NCBI GenBank assembly: GCA_964421125.1
Contig: CAYQVD010000002.1
Span: 13,579-77,578, forward strand
Source: an uncultured Bdellovibrionales bacterium
GTDB lineage: Bacteria > Patescibacteriota > Minisyncoccia > Moranbacterales > DUUL01
Reading direction: 5' to 3'
Length of the DNA stretch: 64,000 nucleotides
Shown piece by piece: positions 9,103 through 19,631 of the stretch. The position numbers were made by a program, and so were the translations under genes. Below the pieces are notes generated by a model, which did not search any database, was not told where the DNA came from, and worked only from the letters and a program-made list of their open reading frames with translations. The first letter of the stretch is position 1, and each line of letters starts with the position of its first letter.

Positions 9103-11343
9103 CTATTTTTTCTTATTTCCTGTCACAAATTCTTTTCTTTGATTATACTCAGCAACCTTTCCATTATTCCATTGTTTGATTGGTCTAATATAACCAACAA
9201 CTCTTGAATAAACTTCACAATTTTGTTCAATAACACATTTTGGACAGACTTTATGTTCTCCTTCAAGATATCCATGAACCGGACACACACTAAAAGTCGG
9301 AGAAATCGTAAAATATGGAAGTTTGTAACTAGTCGCAATTCTTTTCACTAAAGATTTTGTAGTTTCAATGTCATTTATTCTTTCCCCAAGAAACATATGA
9401 AGAACTGTTCCGCCAGTGTACTTTGTCTGAAGACTATCCTGAAGATCAAGTGCCTCAAACATGTCATCGGTGTAACCAACTGGCAATTGACTTGAATTAG
9501 TATAATAAGGTGCTTCTCCTTCTTCTACGGCTCCGTTATTTGCAAAAATCATCTTTGGGAATCGCTTCTTGTCTTTTAGGGCAAGTCGATATGCAGTTCC
9601 TTCTGCCGGAGTTGCTTCTAGATTATAAAGATGATCTGTTTCCTCCTGAAATTCAAGCATCTTATCTCTCATATGAACCAAAACTTCCTCTGCAAATTTC
9701 AAGCCTTTTTTTGTTGTTATATCATCATTAGAAAAATTCATAATCGCCTCATTCAACCCAACAATTCCGATAGTTGAAAAATGATTTGACCAATATGAAC
9801 CTCTTCTTTTATAGACATCTTTAAGATAAAATTTAGAATATGGATAAAGACCTGATTCAGTAAGACTTTCAACCGTTTTTCTTTTGACCTCAAGACTTTC
9901 CTTTGCCAATTCCATTAAAACATCAAGTCTCTTATAAAAATCTTTCTTATCTTCTGCAAGATGTCCAATTCGAGGAAGATTAATTGTTACTACTCCAATT
10001 GATCCAGTAAGTGGAGCTGCTCCAAAAAGCCCTCCCATTCTCTTATGAAGCTCTCGATTATCAAGTCTCAACCTACAACACATCGATCTTGCATCATCTG
10101 GATCCATATCAGAATTAATAAAATTTGCAAAATATGGAACACCGTATTTTGATGTCATCTCCCAAAGTGAATTAAGATTTTTGTTATCCCAATCAAAATC
10201 TTTGGTAATATTATAAGTTGGAATCGGAAAAGTAAAAATTCGACCATCTGCATCCCCTTCGCTCATTACCTCTGCAAAGGCTCGATTAAGCATATCCATC
10301 TCCTCTTGAAACTCTTTGTACGTTTCTTTTTGTGGTTCGCCTCCAATAATAACCGCTTGATCTCGATAAATCTTGGGACATTCCAAATCCATAGTCAAAT
10401 TTGTAAAAGGAGTCTGAAATCCTACACGAGTTGGAACATTGAGATTAAAAATAAACTCTTGCATTGCTTGTTTCACAGCTTCATAGTCAAGTTTGTCATA
10501 TTTAACAAATGGTGCAAGTAATGTATCAAAATTTGAAAATGCCTGCGCTCCAGCTGCCTCCCCTTGAGTAGTGTAGAAAAAATTTACAAGCTGTCCTAAT
10601 GCTGGTCGAAGATGTTTTGGTGGTTTACAAGAAATCTTCCCAACAACACCAGTAAATCCTTGCGTTAACAAGTCTTGCAAATCCCAACCACAACAATATG
10701 CAGCAACTTTATCAAGATCATGAATATGAAAATCTCCTTCTTCATGAGCTCTTTTGACTGATTTTGCATAAACTCTCTCCATCCAATACTTGCTACTTAC
10801 AATAGATGAAATATAGTTATTTAATCCCTGGAGAGAATATGCCATATTTGAATTCTCCTTAACTTGCCAATCAATCTCCTTAAGATATTGATCAACAAGA
10901 TCTACTGCTTCTTCAAGTGAAGCTTCTGTATCTCTAATTTTTCGCCTTTTTTCTCGATAAAGAATATATGCTTTAGCAGTATCATCAAAATCAAGAATCA
11001 TTAAAACTTTTTCAACAAGGTCTTGAAGCTCCTCAATATGAGGAATATATCCAGGTCGAGAATTCTTATTAAGCATTTGAACAACCTTTCTGGTGACTTC
11101 TTTTGCCTTGGTCATACTCCCTTCTCCAGTTTCTTTAAAAGCTTTATAAATAGCTTCAACAACTTTATCTTGCTGAAAACGAACAATTGAACCATTTCGC
11201 TTTACTATCTTTTTAATTTTATTAACCGCTCTCTTTGATTTTTGACTAGTTTTTCTAACTTTCTTCACAATAGCTTTCTTAATCTTTGCTGTAGTTTTTG
11301 CTTTCTGCACTGTCTTTTTCTTCTTATCTTTTTGTTTTTTCAT
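9103..11343 (-). CDS. nrdD: Class III (anaerobic) ribonucleoside-triphosphate reductase with ATP cone
   Basis: ATP-cone IVKRNG, HIHDL, SMCCRL, EATPAEG, YTGGT and glycyl-radical YSRVVGYIRP motifs. Confidence 0.95.
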   Translation of the reverse strand: MKKQKDKKKKTVQKAKTTAKIKKAIVKKVRKTSQKSKRAVNKIKKIVKRNGSIVRFQQDKVVEAIYKAFKETGEGSMTKAKEVTRKVVQMLNKNSRPGYIPHIEELQDLVEKVLMILDFDDTAKAYILYREKRRKIRDTEASLEEAVDLVDQYLKEIDWQVKENSNMAYSLQGLNNYISSIVSSKYWMERVYAKSVKRAHEEGDFHIHDLDKVAAYCCGWDLQDLLTQGFTGVVGKISCKPPKHLRPALGQLVNFFYTTQGEAAGAQAFSNFDTLLAPFVKYDKLDYEAVKQAMQEFIFNLNVPTRVGFQTPFTNLTMDLECPKIYRDQAVIIGGEPQKETYKEFQEEMDMLNRAFAEVMSEGDADGRIFTFPIPTYNITKDFDWDNKNLNSLWEMTSKYGVPYFANFINSDMDPDDARSMCCRLRLDNRELHKRMGGLFGAAPLTGSIGVVTINLPRIGHLAEDKKDFYKRLDVLMELAKESLEVKRKTVESLTESGLYPYSKFYLKDVYKRRGSYWSNHFSTIGIVGLNEAIMNFSNDDITTKKGLKFAEEVLVHMRDKMLEFQEETDHLYNLEATPAEGTAYRLALKDKKRFPKMIFANNGAVEEGEAPYYTNSSQLPVGYTDDMFEALDLQDSLQTKYTGGTVLHMFLGERINDIETTKSLVKRIATSYKLPYFTISPTFSVCPVHGYLEGEHKVCPKCVIEQNCEVYSRVVGYIRPIKQWNNGKVAEYNQRKEFVTGNKKK

Positions 11344-11394
11344 TTTTCTTACTCCCCCGAGTTTAACTGATTAAAAAATATATATATAAACTTA

Positions 11395-11542
11395 TAAATT
11401 TCAAATTAAAAATCATAAATTCAAAATAAGCACCAATATCTAAATTCAAAATAATAAAAAATTACGAAATAAGAATGTTTAAAATTTTGAATTTGTAATT
11501 TTGCATTTATTTGTTATTTGCAATTTTGAATTTGTAATTTAC
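11395..11542. repeat. Degenerate heptamer-repeat inverted element between nrdR and nrdD
   Basis: aaatttc/aaattaa/aaattca arrays opposed by ttttgaa/tttgtaa/ttttgca arrays. Confidence 0.6.
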
Positions 11543-11547
11543 GCTCA

Positions 11548-11988
11548 CTAGAGCTGTTCCAGTTCCTTAATAAATCTCTTTCCTGAACCAAAAGACTTAA
11601 ACACTGAAGCAAATCTCAAATATGCAACTTCATCTTTTTCTTTCAGCTTACACAAAACGATATTTCCAATTTCTTTTGTTGTTAATTCAGATTTCCCACA
11701 AACATTTATTTGAGACTCAACATCTGAAACTAACTGCTCTAATTCATCCTCATCTAATCGCTTATTTGTTGCTCGCTTTAAACTTTCTTCTAACTTCTCT
11801 TTCTTATACTCCTCTTTCTCACTATTTCTTTTAACTACTAGTAAATTTAAAATTTCAATTTGTTCATAAGTAGAAAATCTCTCTTTACATGCCTCACATT
11901 CTCTTCGACGACGAATAGTCCTCCCTCCGTCTGTTTCTCGGGAGTCAATAACTTTTGTGTCATCATGATTACAATGCGGACATTTCAT
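11548..11988 (-). CDS. nrdR: Transcriptional repressor NrdR
   Basis: MKCPHC..TKVIDSRE..IRRRRECEAC..RFSTYE, ATP cone, VAYLRFASV. Confidence 0.97.
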   Translation of the reverse strand: MKCPHCNHDDTKVIDSRETDGGRTIRRRRECEACKERFSTYEQIEILNLLVVKRNSEKEEYKKEKLEESLKRATNKRLDEDELEQLVSDVESQINVCGKSELTTKEIGNIVLCKLKEKDEVAYLRFASVFKSFGSGKRFIKELEQL

Positions 11989-12022
11989 AATTATTGCTAA
12001 TAACGTATATTTTTGTTTAAAT

Positions 12023-12038
12023 TTACTACATGTTGTGG
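12023..12038 (-). promoter_or_regulatory. Putative NrdR box
   Basis: ccaCAAcATgTAGtaa on minus strand fits acaCwAtATaTwGtgt; lies between the promoter and nrdR. Confidence 0.7.
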
Positions 12039-12060
12039 TCTAACTTGACCTTACTACACT

Positions 12061-12089
12061 ATTATAATTTACCCTCAAAATCTTGTCAA
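12061..12089 (-). promoter_or_regulatory. Sigma70 promoter of nrdR-nrdD
   Basis: TTGACA-17 nt-TATAAT, perfect consensus on minus strand. Confidence 0.8.
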
Positions 12090-12294
12090 GTCTCTTACTA
12101 ATTTTTAGTTTACAGTTAGTAGTTAGTAGTGCAAATAAAAGTTTTTTGTAAAAAAAGAACCCATAATGTTATTCTTTTATCTAAAACATACAACTTGCAT
12201 TCTGATCCCAATTACAAATGACTAGTCCTTGTTGAATAAACAAAATAAATAAGCTAAGATAAAGTAGTAATAAACATGACCTCATAATAATATT

Positions 12295-13095
12295 ATGTTA
12301 AATTTTGCTGCCATTGTCCCTCATCCCCCATCAATCATCCCTGGCGTGCCAAAAGCCAATCTTTCTCCTGTTAAAAAAACTATTAAGGCACTACATGAAC
12401 TCGGAGATGAATTGAAAAAATTCCAACCAGAAACCATTATAATAGTCTCTCCTCATGGACCAATGCGCTATGACAAGTTTACTATAAACCTCAAAGATAA
12501 TTACAAGGGAAGTTTTGCAAGATTTGGAATTCAAGACGAAGAAACACGATTCTTTCGAAATGATAAAATTCTTTCCAGTAAGCTTTTCCGAAAAATTAAA
12601 TCTGTCAACCTTCCAATTGATCCTATTATGGAAGAAGATATTGATTATGGTTCACTAATTCCACTTCACTATCTGACAAAATCAATGGTTAAAAAACCAA
12701 AGATAATCATGCTAACGTTCACCTCTCAAGATTGGAAAACTCATTTTGACTTTGGTTGTCACATTAAAAATATTTTAAATGAAACTGAATATAACGTCGC
12801 TTTTATTGCCAGTGCTGATCTTTCTCATCGAATCACCGACAATTCCCCTGCTGGATTTTCTCCTTATGGAATAAAATTTGATCAAACCCTTATAAAACTC
12901 CTTAAAAAAAATGATCTTGAAAAACTACTTGATATCAACCCAGAATTCTCCGAAGAAGCACAGGAATGCGGATTAAGATCAATTATGATGGCCTTAGGCG
13001 TTGTAAATAGTTCAGAAGCTGATTTTGTTCAGCTTTCTTATGAACACCCTTTTGGAGTCGGATACTTAACTGGGAGATGGAAATTGAAAAAATAA
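12295..13095 (+). CDS. AmmeMemoRadiSam system protein B / LigB-like (MEMO1 family) protein
   Basis: VPHPP, VSPH, DYGSLIPL, IASADLSH, ECG and YEHPFGVGY motifs. Confidence 0.8.
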   Translation: MLNFAAIVPHPPSIIPGVPKANLSPVKKTIKALHELGDELKKFQPETIIIVSPHGPMRYDKFTINLKDNYKGSFARFGIQDEETRFFRNDKILSSKLFRKIKSVNLPIDPIMEEDIDYGSLIPLHYLTKSMVKKPKIIMLTFTSQDWKTHFDFGCHIKNILNETEYNVAFIASADLSHRITDNSPAGFSPYGIKFDQTLIKLLKKNDLEKLLDINPEFSEEAQECGLRSIMMALGVVNSSEADFVQLSYEHPFGVGYLTGRWKLKK

Positions 13096-13096
13096 T

Positions 13097-15073
13097 ATGA
13101 ATTACTACGAAATAATCCCACTCACTCGAATTTCACTTAATCACAGTCCTTCTTTTACCTATTCAAGCAAAGAAGTTTTTAAATTTGGCGATTTAGTAGA
13201 AATTGATTTTGCTGGAAAAAAACTTAAAGGAGTTGTTGACTCAAAGACCAAAAGACCCTTCTACAAAACAAAACTAATTCTCAAGCTTTTACAAGAAGAG
13301 GCAATTAATAAAAAACAATTAAAAATAGCAGAAAAAATATCAAAATACTACTTAACGGGACTGGGAATTGTTCTAAAATTTTTCATCGTCAAATCAACAA
13401 AAAAATTAACGCCGCCTTCAGCTCCTGAGAGTGATATTGGGGATAATAAAAAAGAAAAAGTAATATTAACTCCGTCTCAAAAAAAAATAACTAATGAAAT
13501 CAAGCTATCCAAGAAAATTAGAAAGTTTCTTGTAGCTGGCCCTGCTTCATCAGGAAAAACTGAAATTGCCATGAATTGTATTGGATCAGCCTTAAAACAA
13601 AAAAAACAATGCCTCGTCATCATCCCAGAAATTTTTCTATCCTACCAAGAAATAGATCGCTACTTCAAGCGTTTTAAGAATCATAAAGTTGCACTCTTTC
13701 ACTCTGGATTAACTGCCACACAAAAAAACTTTATTAAAAAAGGAGTTCAAGACGGAACACTAAATTTGATTATTTCAACAAAGATTGGTTGCTTATTACC
13801 TTTTAAAAATCTTGGTTTTATTGTCGTTGATGAAGAACAAGACATTTCTCACAAACAATGGGATCAAAGTCCACGCTATCATGTTCGACAAGTTTCATCT
13901 TGGCTTCAGAAGATTCATAATACTAACCTCATTTATCTTTCTGCTACTCCTTCAATGGAAATTCTAGAAGAAGCTCAGGGGAAATCGATGAAACATTTAA
14001 AACTACCAATGCTTAGTCTCAAAAAAATTGAAGTAAATCAACCAAGCTTTGAATTCGTGAATCTTAAACAATACTTTTATAAGAAAAAAGCTAACGTTAT
14101 CATTTCCAATGAATTAAAAATAGGATTAAAAAATTCCTTAGACACAAAAAAAACCGCCTTTATTCTTGTACAAAGAAGAGGGAGAGGAAAAGCTCTTATG
14201 TGCCTTGACTGTAAAACTAAGGTCTCGTGTCCAAAATGTAATCTGCCATTAGTTCAGGTTGGAGAAAAATATCAGTGCCTTCATTGTGATTTCAAAATCT
14301 CAAGTCTTTCTCAATGTCCAAAATGTCGAAGCTTTAGAATCGTCAATTTAGGCTTTGGAACCGAAAGTGCTTACGAAAAAATTAAAACCATTTTTCCAAA
14401 AGCTCGCATCGAAATCATCGATCAGACAGCCTTAACCAAAAAAAATACACGAAGAAAACTCTACGAGAAATTAAAAAATCAAAAAATAGATATTCTCATT
14501 GGAACCCAATCAATTATTAAGGGTTTTGACTTACCAAACGTTTCCCTGACTGCTATTTTAAATACCGAAAGCTGGAGCGGAAAAACTGACTTCAAGTTTG
14601 ATGAAAGATGGCTTGGAAGTCTTTTCCAAATTGCTGGAAGAGTTAATCGCCCAGGAAGTCTTCAGAAAGGAAAATTCCTAGTTCAAACCTTCAATCCCGA
14701 AAATTACCTCTTTGATTATCTTAAAAAATGGAAATGGGAAGACTTCGCAAAAAATGAATTGAAATCTAGAAAAGCAATTAAATACCCCCCATTCTATCGA
14801 TTCATCAAGTTAATATACCGGGATTCTGACAAGATTAAGGTTGATAAAAACATTAAAAAGGTTTACAATCAACTTCAAAAGGTAAGCGCGAAAGAAATCA
14901 TATCAATTCTGCCTCCTTTTTATGGAAACATTGAAAAAGCTAGAGGATCTTATCAAAAATTTATCCTCGTAAAAACTAAGCCAGTTAAAAAATACTCCCC
15001 AATTCTTCAAAAGATTTTCAATAAACTAGGAGAAAATTGGTATTTCGATGTCGATCCAGAAAATGTTTTTTAA
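13097..15073 (+). CDS. priA: Primosomal protein N'
   Basis: GPASSGKTE, IVVDEEQD, SATPS, double CxxC zinc motifs, GTQSIIKGFD, QIAGRVNR, YPPF. Confidence 0.93.
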   Translation: MNYYEIIPLTRISLNHSPSFTYSSKEVFKFGDLVEIDFAGKKLKGVVDSKTKRPFYKTKLILKLLQEEAINKKQLKIAEKISKYYLTGLGIVLKFFIVKSTKKLTPPSAPESDIGDNKKEKVILTPSQKKITNEIKLSKKIRKFLVAGPASSGKTEIAMNCIGSALKQKKQCLVIIPEIFLSYQEIDRYFKRFKNHKVALFHSGLTATQKNFIKKGVQDGTLNLIISTKIGCLLPFKNLGFIVVDEEQDISHKQWDQSPRYHVRQVSSWLQKIHNTNLIYLSATPSMEILEEAQGKSMKHLKLPMLSLKKIEVNQPSFEFVNLKQYFYKKKANVIISNELKIGLKNSLDTKKTAFILVQRRGRGKALMCLDCKTKVSCPKCNLPLVQVGEKYQCLHCDFKISSLSQCPKCRSFRIVNLGFGTESAYEKIKTIFPKARIEIIDQTALTKKNTRRKLYEKLKNQKIDILIGTQSIIKGFDLPNVSLTAILNTESWSGKTDFKFDERWLGSLFQIAGRVNRPGSLQKGKFLVQTFNPENYLFDYLKKWKWEDFAKNELKSRKAIKYPPFYRFIKLIYRDSDKIKVDKNIKKVYNQLQKVSAKEIISILPPFYGNIEKARGSYQKFILVKTKPVKKYSPILQKIFNKLGENWYFDVDPENVF

Positions 15074-15241
15074 ATATATTCTCAATTATCAATAATCATT
15101 AAAAACTATTAGTCTTGTAATTCCGCAAAATCTTAAAATATATTAGCTGTATTCCAAAATACATGTCAGCTTGATAATGTTTTATAAAAATATATTATTT
15201 ACATTTCAAAGCCTGAAATAATCAATTAAATTTTAAAAGCA

Positions 15242-15688
15242 ATGAAAATTATTATATATCCAAATCCTATATTACGAAATAAATCTGAAGAAATTAAAGA
15301 TCCAACTGCTCCAGAAATCAAACAGTTGATTCTCGACATGACAAAAACTCTTCGAGCAAATCAAGGAGTTGGACTAGCTGCTCCTCAGGTTGGCAAAAAT
15401 ATCAGACTCTGTCTCATTGAAATTGATGATGAACTTTTTGTGTTAATCAATCCAAAAATCAAAAGTGAATCGGATGAACGAATCATTGCCGAAGAAGGGT
15501 GTTTGTCTTTCCCTGGAAAATTCATGCTTATTGAACGAAATAAAAGAGTGAAAGTAAAAGCAATTGATGCTAGCGGAAAATCTCAGATAATTAGAGCTCG
15601 AGGACTTTTTGCTAGAGCCTTGCAACACGAAATTGATCACCTCAACGGAGAATTAATTATAGATAAGACCACAACTCAGGAAAAATAA
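15242..15688 (+). CDS. def: Peptide deformylase
   Basis: GVGLAAPQ, EGCLS and QHEIDHLNG motifs. Confidence 0.98.
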   Translation: MKIIIYPNPILRNKSEEIKDPTAPEIKQLILDMTKTLRANQGVGLAAPQVGKNIRLCLIEIDDELFVLINPKIKSESDERIIAEEGCLSFPGKFMLIERNKRVKVKAIDASGKSQIIRARGLFARALQHEIDHLNGELIIDKTTTQEK

Positions 15689-15708
15689 AGAAATAATAAG
15701 AAAACAAA

Positions 15709-16680
15709 ATGAAAATAAAAGATCTCAAAATCATATTCATGGGAACCTCCTATTTTGCCTCCAAAATAATAGAAGATTCAATTAAAAAAGAAATTCCCAT
15801 TGCCCTAGTTGTCACTCAACCCGACCGACCAGTAGGAAGAAAAAAAGAAATAACTCTACCAGAAGCCAAAAAAACAGCAGAAAAGAATAATCTTTCAGTT
15901 AAGCAATTTGCAAAAATAGATACCCTAGCAATAAATTTTTTTCAAGCAGAAAACCCAGATCTAATTATTGTTGCTTCTTATGGATTAATCCTTCCGCAAG
16001 AACTCATTGATCTCCCAAGATTTGGCTGTGTTAATGTTCACACCTCAATGCTTCCTGCTCTCAGAGGACCATCTCCAATTCAAGCTGCCCTTCTTGATGG
16101 ACTAGAAAAAACTGGGGTTTCAATCATGAAAATGGATTCAAAAATTGATCATGGACCAATTCTTAAGCAAGAAGAAGTAAAGATATATAAGAAATATGAC
16201 TACAAAATGCTAGAGGAAAAACTAGCAGAAGTTTCAAATAAAATTCTGCTTCCTACCATCCAAGATATGCTCGATAAAAAAATAAAACCTAAAGAACAAA
16301 ATCATCATAAAGCCACTTTCACAAAAATAATTAACAAGAAAGATGGACGAATTATTTGGTCAAGAAGTGCTAATCAAATTGAAGGACTTCACAAAGCATT
16401 TTGTGTTTGGCCAAAAATATTTTGCTATTGGGAAAAAGAAAATCAGCTCGGCAATCATCAGAAAATAATCTTTTGGGAGATAAAATCAGTTAAAGAAACA
16501 TCCAAATCTATAAACAAAAGGTATGGTGAAGTTTTTAATAACGAAAAGGGTAAAACTCTTATTAAAACCGGAGATGGATTAATTGAGATAAAAAAAATTC
16601 AATTGCCCGGGAAAAAAGCAATGGATATCGATGAGTTTTGCAATGGTCAACATCAATTTATCGGAGCTATTCTTAATTAA
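15709..16680 (+). CDS. fmt: Methionyl-tRNA formyltransferase
   Basis: IIFMGT, VVTQPDRP, NVHTSMLP..RGPSPI motifs; follows def. Confidence 0.96.
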   Translation: MKIKDLKIIFMGTSYFASKIIEDSIKKEIPIALVVTQPDRPVGRKKEITLPEAKKTAEKNNLSVKQFAKIDTLAINFFQAENPDLIIVASYGLILPQELIDLPRFGCVNVHTSMLPALRGPSPIQAALLDGLEKTGVSIMKMDSKIDHGPILKQEEVKIYKKYDYKMLEEKLAEVSNKILLPTIQDMLDKKIKPKEQNHHKATFTKIINKKDGRIIWSRSANQIEGLHKAFCVWPKIFCYWEKENQLGNHQKIIFWEIKSVKETSKSINKRYGEVFNNEKGKTLIKTGDGLIEIKKIQLPGKKAMDIDEFCNGQHQFIGAILN

Positions 16681-16693
16681 AACAAAATAGTAA

Positions 16694-17563
16694 ATGCAAA
16701 AAAAACAAAGATATTACGAAAAAGAAAAAGCCAATGAAAGTTTATCCCTAAAACCAATCGCCATTGGAGCTCTTTTAATTATAATGGTAATAGGAATTTA
16801 TTTTTCTAAAAACTTTTTATTCACAAAAAACGAAGAAGATGCTGTTAATGAAATCGTCCAAGAAAAATCTGAAAAAATAACCGTTCCAATGATTTTGTCT
16901 GAAGATCTTCAAAAACTAGTATATAAAGATACTCATCAGATAATTGACATCCGTAGTACCGAAGAATTCAAATACAGTCATATTGAAAATTCAAAAAATA
17001 TTCCAATAACAAAACTAAAAGAACAAGCAAGCAAGCTAGACAAAAACATCCCAGTAATAATCATTGATCAAATAGAAACCACACAAGGAAAAGAAGCAAC
17101 TCAATACTTAGAAGAACTTGGATTTTCTTCTAGATATTTAATTGGTGGAATTACTAATTTCTCTAAAGAAGGTTTTTCTATTATTTCTTTCGGCGATCCA
17201 AATTTAACTACAGACATAGTTAAAGTCAATCCAATTTCATCAGAAGAAGCTAATCAAAAAGCAATAAACGAGTCTAGATTAATCAAATTTCTAGATGTTC
17301 GATCAAGAAAAAATTATGAAAAGAATCACATACAAGGATCCACTAATATCCCGCTAGAAGAACTTGAACAAAAGAAAAACGATATCCCTGTGGGTAAAAT
17401 AATTATAGTAGATGAAGAGCCAATCAGAAGTTTTCAATCTGCAGTCAGACTTCACGACATGAATTTTATTGGAGTTTATTACCTAGAATCAAGTCTAAGT
17501 AAATTCAAAAAATATATTGAAGAAAGTACTGAAAATACAAAAAAAATCAAAGAAAGTGAATAA
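16694..17563 (+). CDS. Membrane-anchored tandem rhodanese-domain protein
   Basis: N-terminal TM; two DIRS..EF..SHI / DVRS..YE..HI..S.NIP repeats; no evident catalytic Cys. Confidence 0.8.
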   Translation: MQKKQRYYEKEKANESLSLKPIAIGALLIIMVIGIYFSKNFLFTKNEEDAVNEIVQEKSEKITVPMILSEDLQKLVYKDTHQIIDIRSTEEFKYSHIENSKNIPITKLKEQASKLDKNIPVIIIDQIETTQGKEATQYLEELGFSSRYLIGGITNFSKEGFSIISFGDPNLTTDIVKVNPISSEEANQKAINESRLIKFLDVRSRKNYEKNHIQGSTNIPLEELEQKKNDIPVGKIIIVDEEPIRSFQSAVRLHDMNFIGVYYLESSLSKFKKYIEESTENTKKIKESE

Positions 17564-17578
17564 AAAAACTTAAAAATC

Positions 17579-18001
17579 TTATTTTAAATAATCATACAAA
17601 AACCAACCTGAAATAAAAACAAACACCAAATAAATCAAAGATTCCAAAAGACTAGCCTTATACAAAACAAAAATCAATGACACCCCAATTAAAATTAACA
17701 TTCCTACTAAAATAATCCTAAATAACCATAAGTTAATATTTAAATTTTGGTTCCCCCTCCTAATAACCAACGTTAAAATAAGCCAAGTTACTATAACTGT
17801 TAATAAGAGAAAATTAAGATTGAAAACTACCGTTACAAATCCTGACAGAGTCGTTTCCAGGAAAAATAAAAATAAATATTCAATTACCAAAATCAAAAAC
17901 AACCAACCAATGAAATTACTTTTTTGATTTAAGTAATCACTTATTTTCAATAATACTTTTTTCATAATTTTAAAATAGATACTCTCCATATTTACTCGCA
18001 A
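17579..18001 (-). CDS. Hypothetical 4-TM membrane protein
   Basis: Four hydrophobic segments; start uncertain. Confidence 0.7.
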   Translation of the reverse strand: MRVNMESIYFKIMKKVLLKISDYLNQKSNFIGWLFLILVIEYLFLFFLETTLSGFVTVVFNLNFLLLTVIVTWLILTLVIRRGNQNLNINLWLFRIILVGMLILIGVSLIFVLYKASLLESLIYLVFVFISGWFLYDYLK

Positions 18002-18914
18002 GATCTTTTTTTACATTAGACATTAATATAAAGAAAGATTTTTTCATATCTTTCAATTTAACTGACACTTTTAACTGTGTATGTGCATCAATAATTGACG
18101 CTCCCAGTTCTCTTTGGTTAAATTTAAATATATACGGCTGATTCGGACTAATAGAGCCTGAAACATCAAAATTACAATTTATTTCATTATCTCTTATTAC
18201 ATCTACCACACAAAAATCTAACTCAAAAAGCTCTTTTGCAGGAACTATATAATAACGCTCCCAAACATCCTTAATAATCTCTTCATTTTTTATTTTTACA
18301 AGAGATTCCTCCCAAACTAAATAAAAACCAGTTTCCGTCTTTAAAATAACCCCATCTGGATGAGCACTGCTAAAAACGATTTTCTCCCCTTCTCCTGCTA
18401 ATAAAGAAAAGGCCTCTGTTCCTTTTGGGATAACAACGTTCCAATTAAAACCAAGCTTCTCAAAAATTTCACCAGAAAGAATCGGACGATATTCACCACG
18501 ACTGACAAAAAAGGCAGATTCTCCGTTTGAAAAAATTGTCCCATTCGGAATATCTGACTGATCATTAAAATAAAGATACTTTTCAAAATCTTCAATACTA
18601 TTTATTTCTCCTTTTTTAGGATAAGCCATTGCTTCATAATTTTCGCAAATAGAAATCTTGACTGGTTGTTTTAATCCTGAGACAATGTTTTTATTTATTT
18701 TCACATTCAGATCCACTTCACTAAAAGGATAATTTTTATAATAAGGGTTTAAAAGAAACGTATTATCTCCAAGCTCCTTATTTTTAATCATAATCCCATG
18801 ATTATTCGCTTCATTAAGATAATAATTAAAAACAGGAAAAGCATTCTTCCATAAAACAAAAACTGGTAAAACCAAGGCTATTAATATCAATATTATTATT
18901 TCGCTTATCCTCAT
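17970..18914 (-). CDS. Hypothetical membrane-anchored protein
   Basis: N-terminal TM; internal repeated P(N/D)G-(T/V)I motif. Confidence 0.7.
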   Translation of the reverse strand: MRISEIIILILIALVLPVFVLWKNAFPVFNYYLNEANNHGIMIKNKELGDNTFLLNPYYKNYPFSEVDLNVKINKNIVSGLKQPVKISICENYEAMAYPKKGEINSIEDFEKYLYFNDQSDIPNGTIFSNGESAFFVSRGEYRPILSGEIFEKLGFNWNVVIPKGTEAFSLLAGEGEKIVFSSAHPDGVILKTETGFYLVWEESLVKIKNEEIIKDVWERYYIVPAKELFELDFCVVDVIRDNEINCNFDVSGSISPNQPYIFKFNQRELGASIIDAHTQLKVSVKLKDMKKSFFILMSNVKKDLASKYGEYLF

Positions 18915-18923
18915 TATTTAAAA

Positions 18924-19628
18924 TTATCTCCTTAAAATAAACAACACGCCAGTACCACCCATTACAATAATTACAACAGGCAACCAATACGATGCTCCAA
19001 TGGCAACAGATGCATTGAAAATTGTATGGATTAAGACTGAAAAAAATAACCCTAATAAAATTAATAATATCTTATCAAGATTCCTCTGACAATACCCCCC
19101 CCTAGCAATAAAGAATCCTAAAATTCCAGAAAATACCATGTGTGCAATACTCGAAAAAATCGTTCTCGCAATAATCAAGTTAAAAACCTCCCCAATACTA
19201 GAAGAATCTATTTGAGTAGCAAAATATATTCCATTTTCTGCAACGGCAAAAGATAACCCAATAATCATTCCGATAATCATTCCGTCTTTCGCCTTCTTAA
19301 CCACTACTTTTTTTATGCCCCACCATATAACAATTCCTTTCAAAGACTCTTCAATTAAAGCTGCGATTACCACATAAAAAAGCAATGAATTTTCCAAAAG
19401 ATGGTTGGTTTCTAAAATATTCGAACTAAATAAATACTTATCCTCAAGTAAGATAAACTCCAATATTCCAGCTATTCCAACCACAGCAATCCCTCCAATA
19501 GCTAAACTAAAAATATTATTATTTTTCCATTCCAAAAAATTAGTACTGTAATTAATAATCGCAAGCCAAAATAAAGCTATTAAAAAGCTTATCGCGACAG
19601 CTGAAATTACAATAGTAAAAGAAATCAT
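18924..19628 (-). CDS. PrsW family intramembrane metalloprotease
   Basis: IEESLK, FAVAEN, AHMVFSG and IHTIFN motifs. Confidence 0.88.
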   Translation of the reverse strand: MISFTIVISAVAISFLIALFWLAIINYSTNFLEWKNNNIFSLAIGGIAVVGIAGILEFILLEDKYLFSSNILETNHLLENSLLFYVVIAALIEESLKGIVIWWGIKKVVVKKAKDGMIIGMIIGLSFAVAENGIYFATQIDSSSIGEVFNLIIARTIFSSIAHMVFSGILGFFIARGGYCQRNLDKILLILLGLFFSVLIHTIFNASVAIGASYWLPVVIIVMGGTGVLFILRR

Positions 19629-19631
19629 TTT

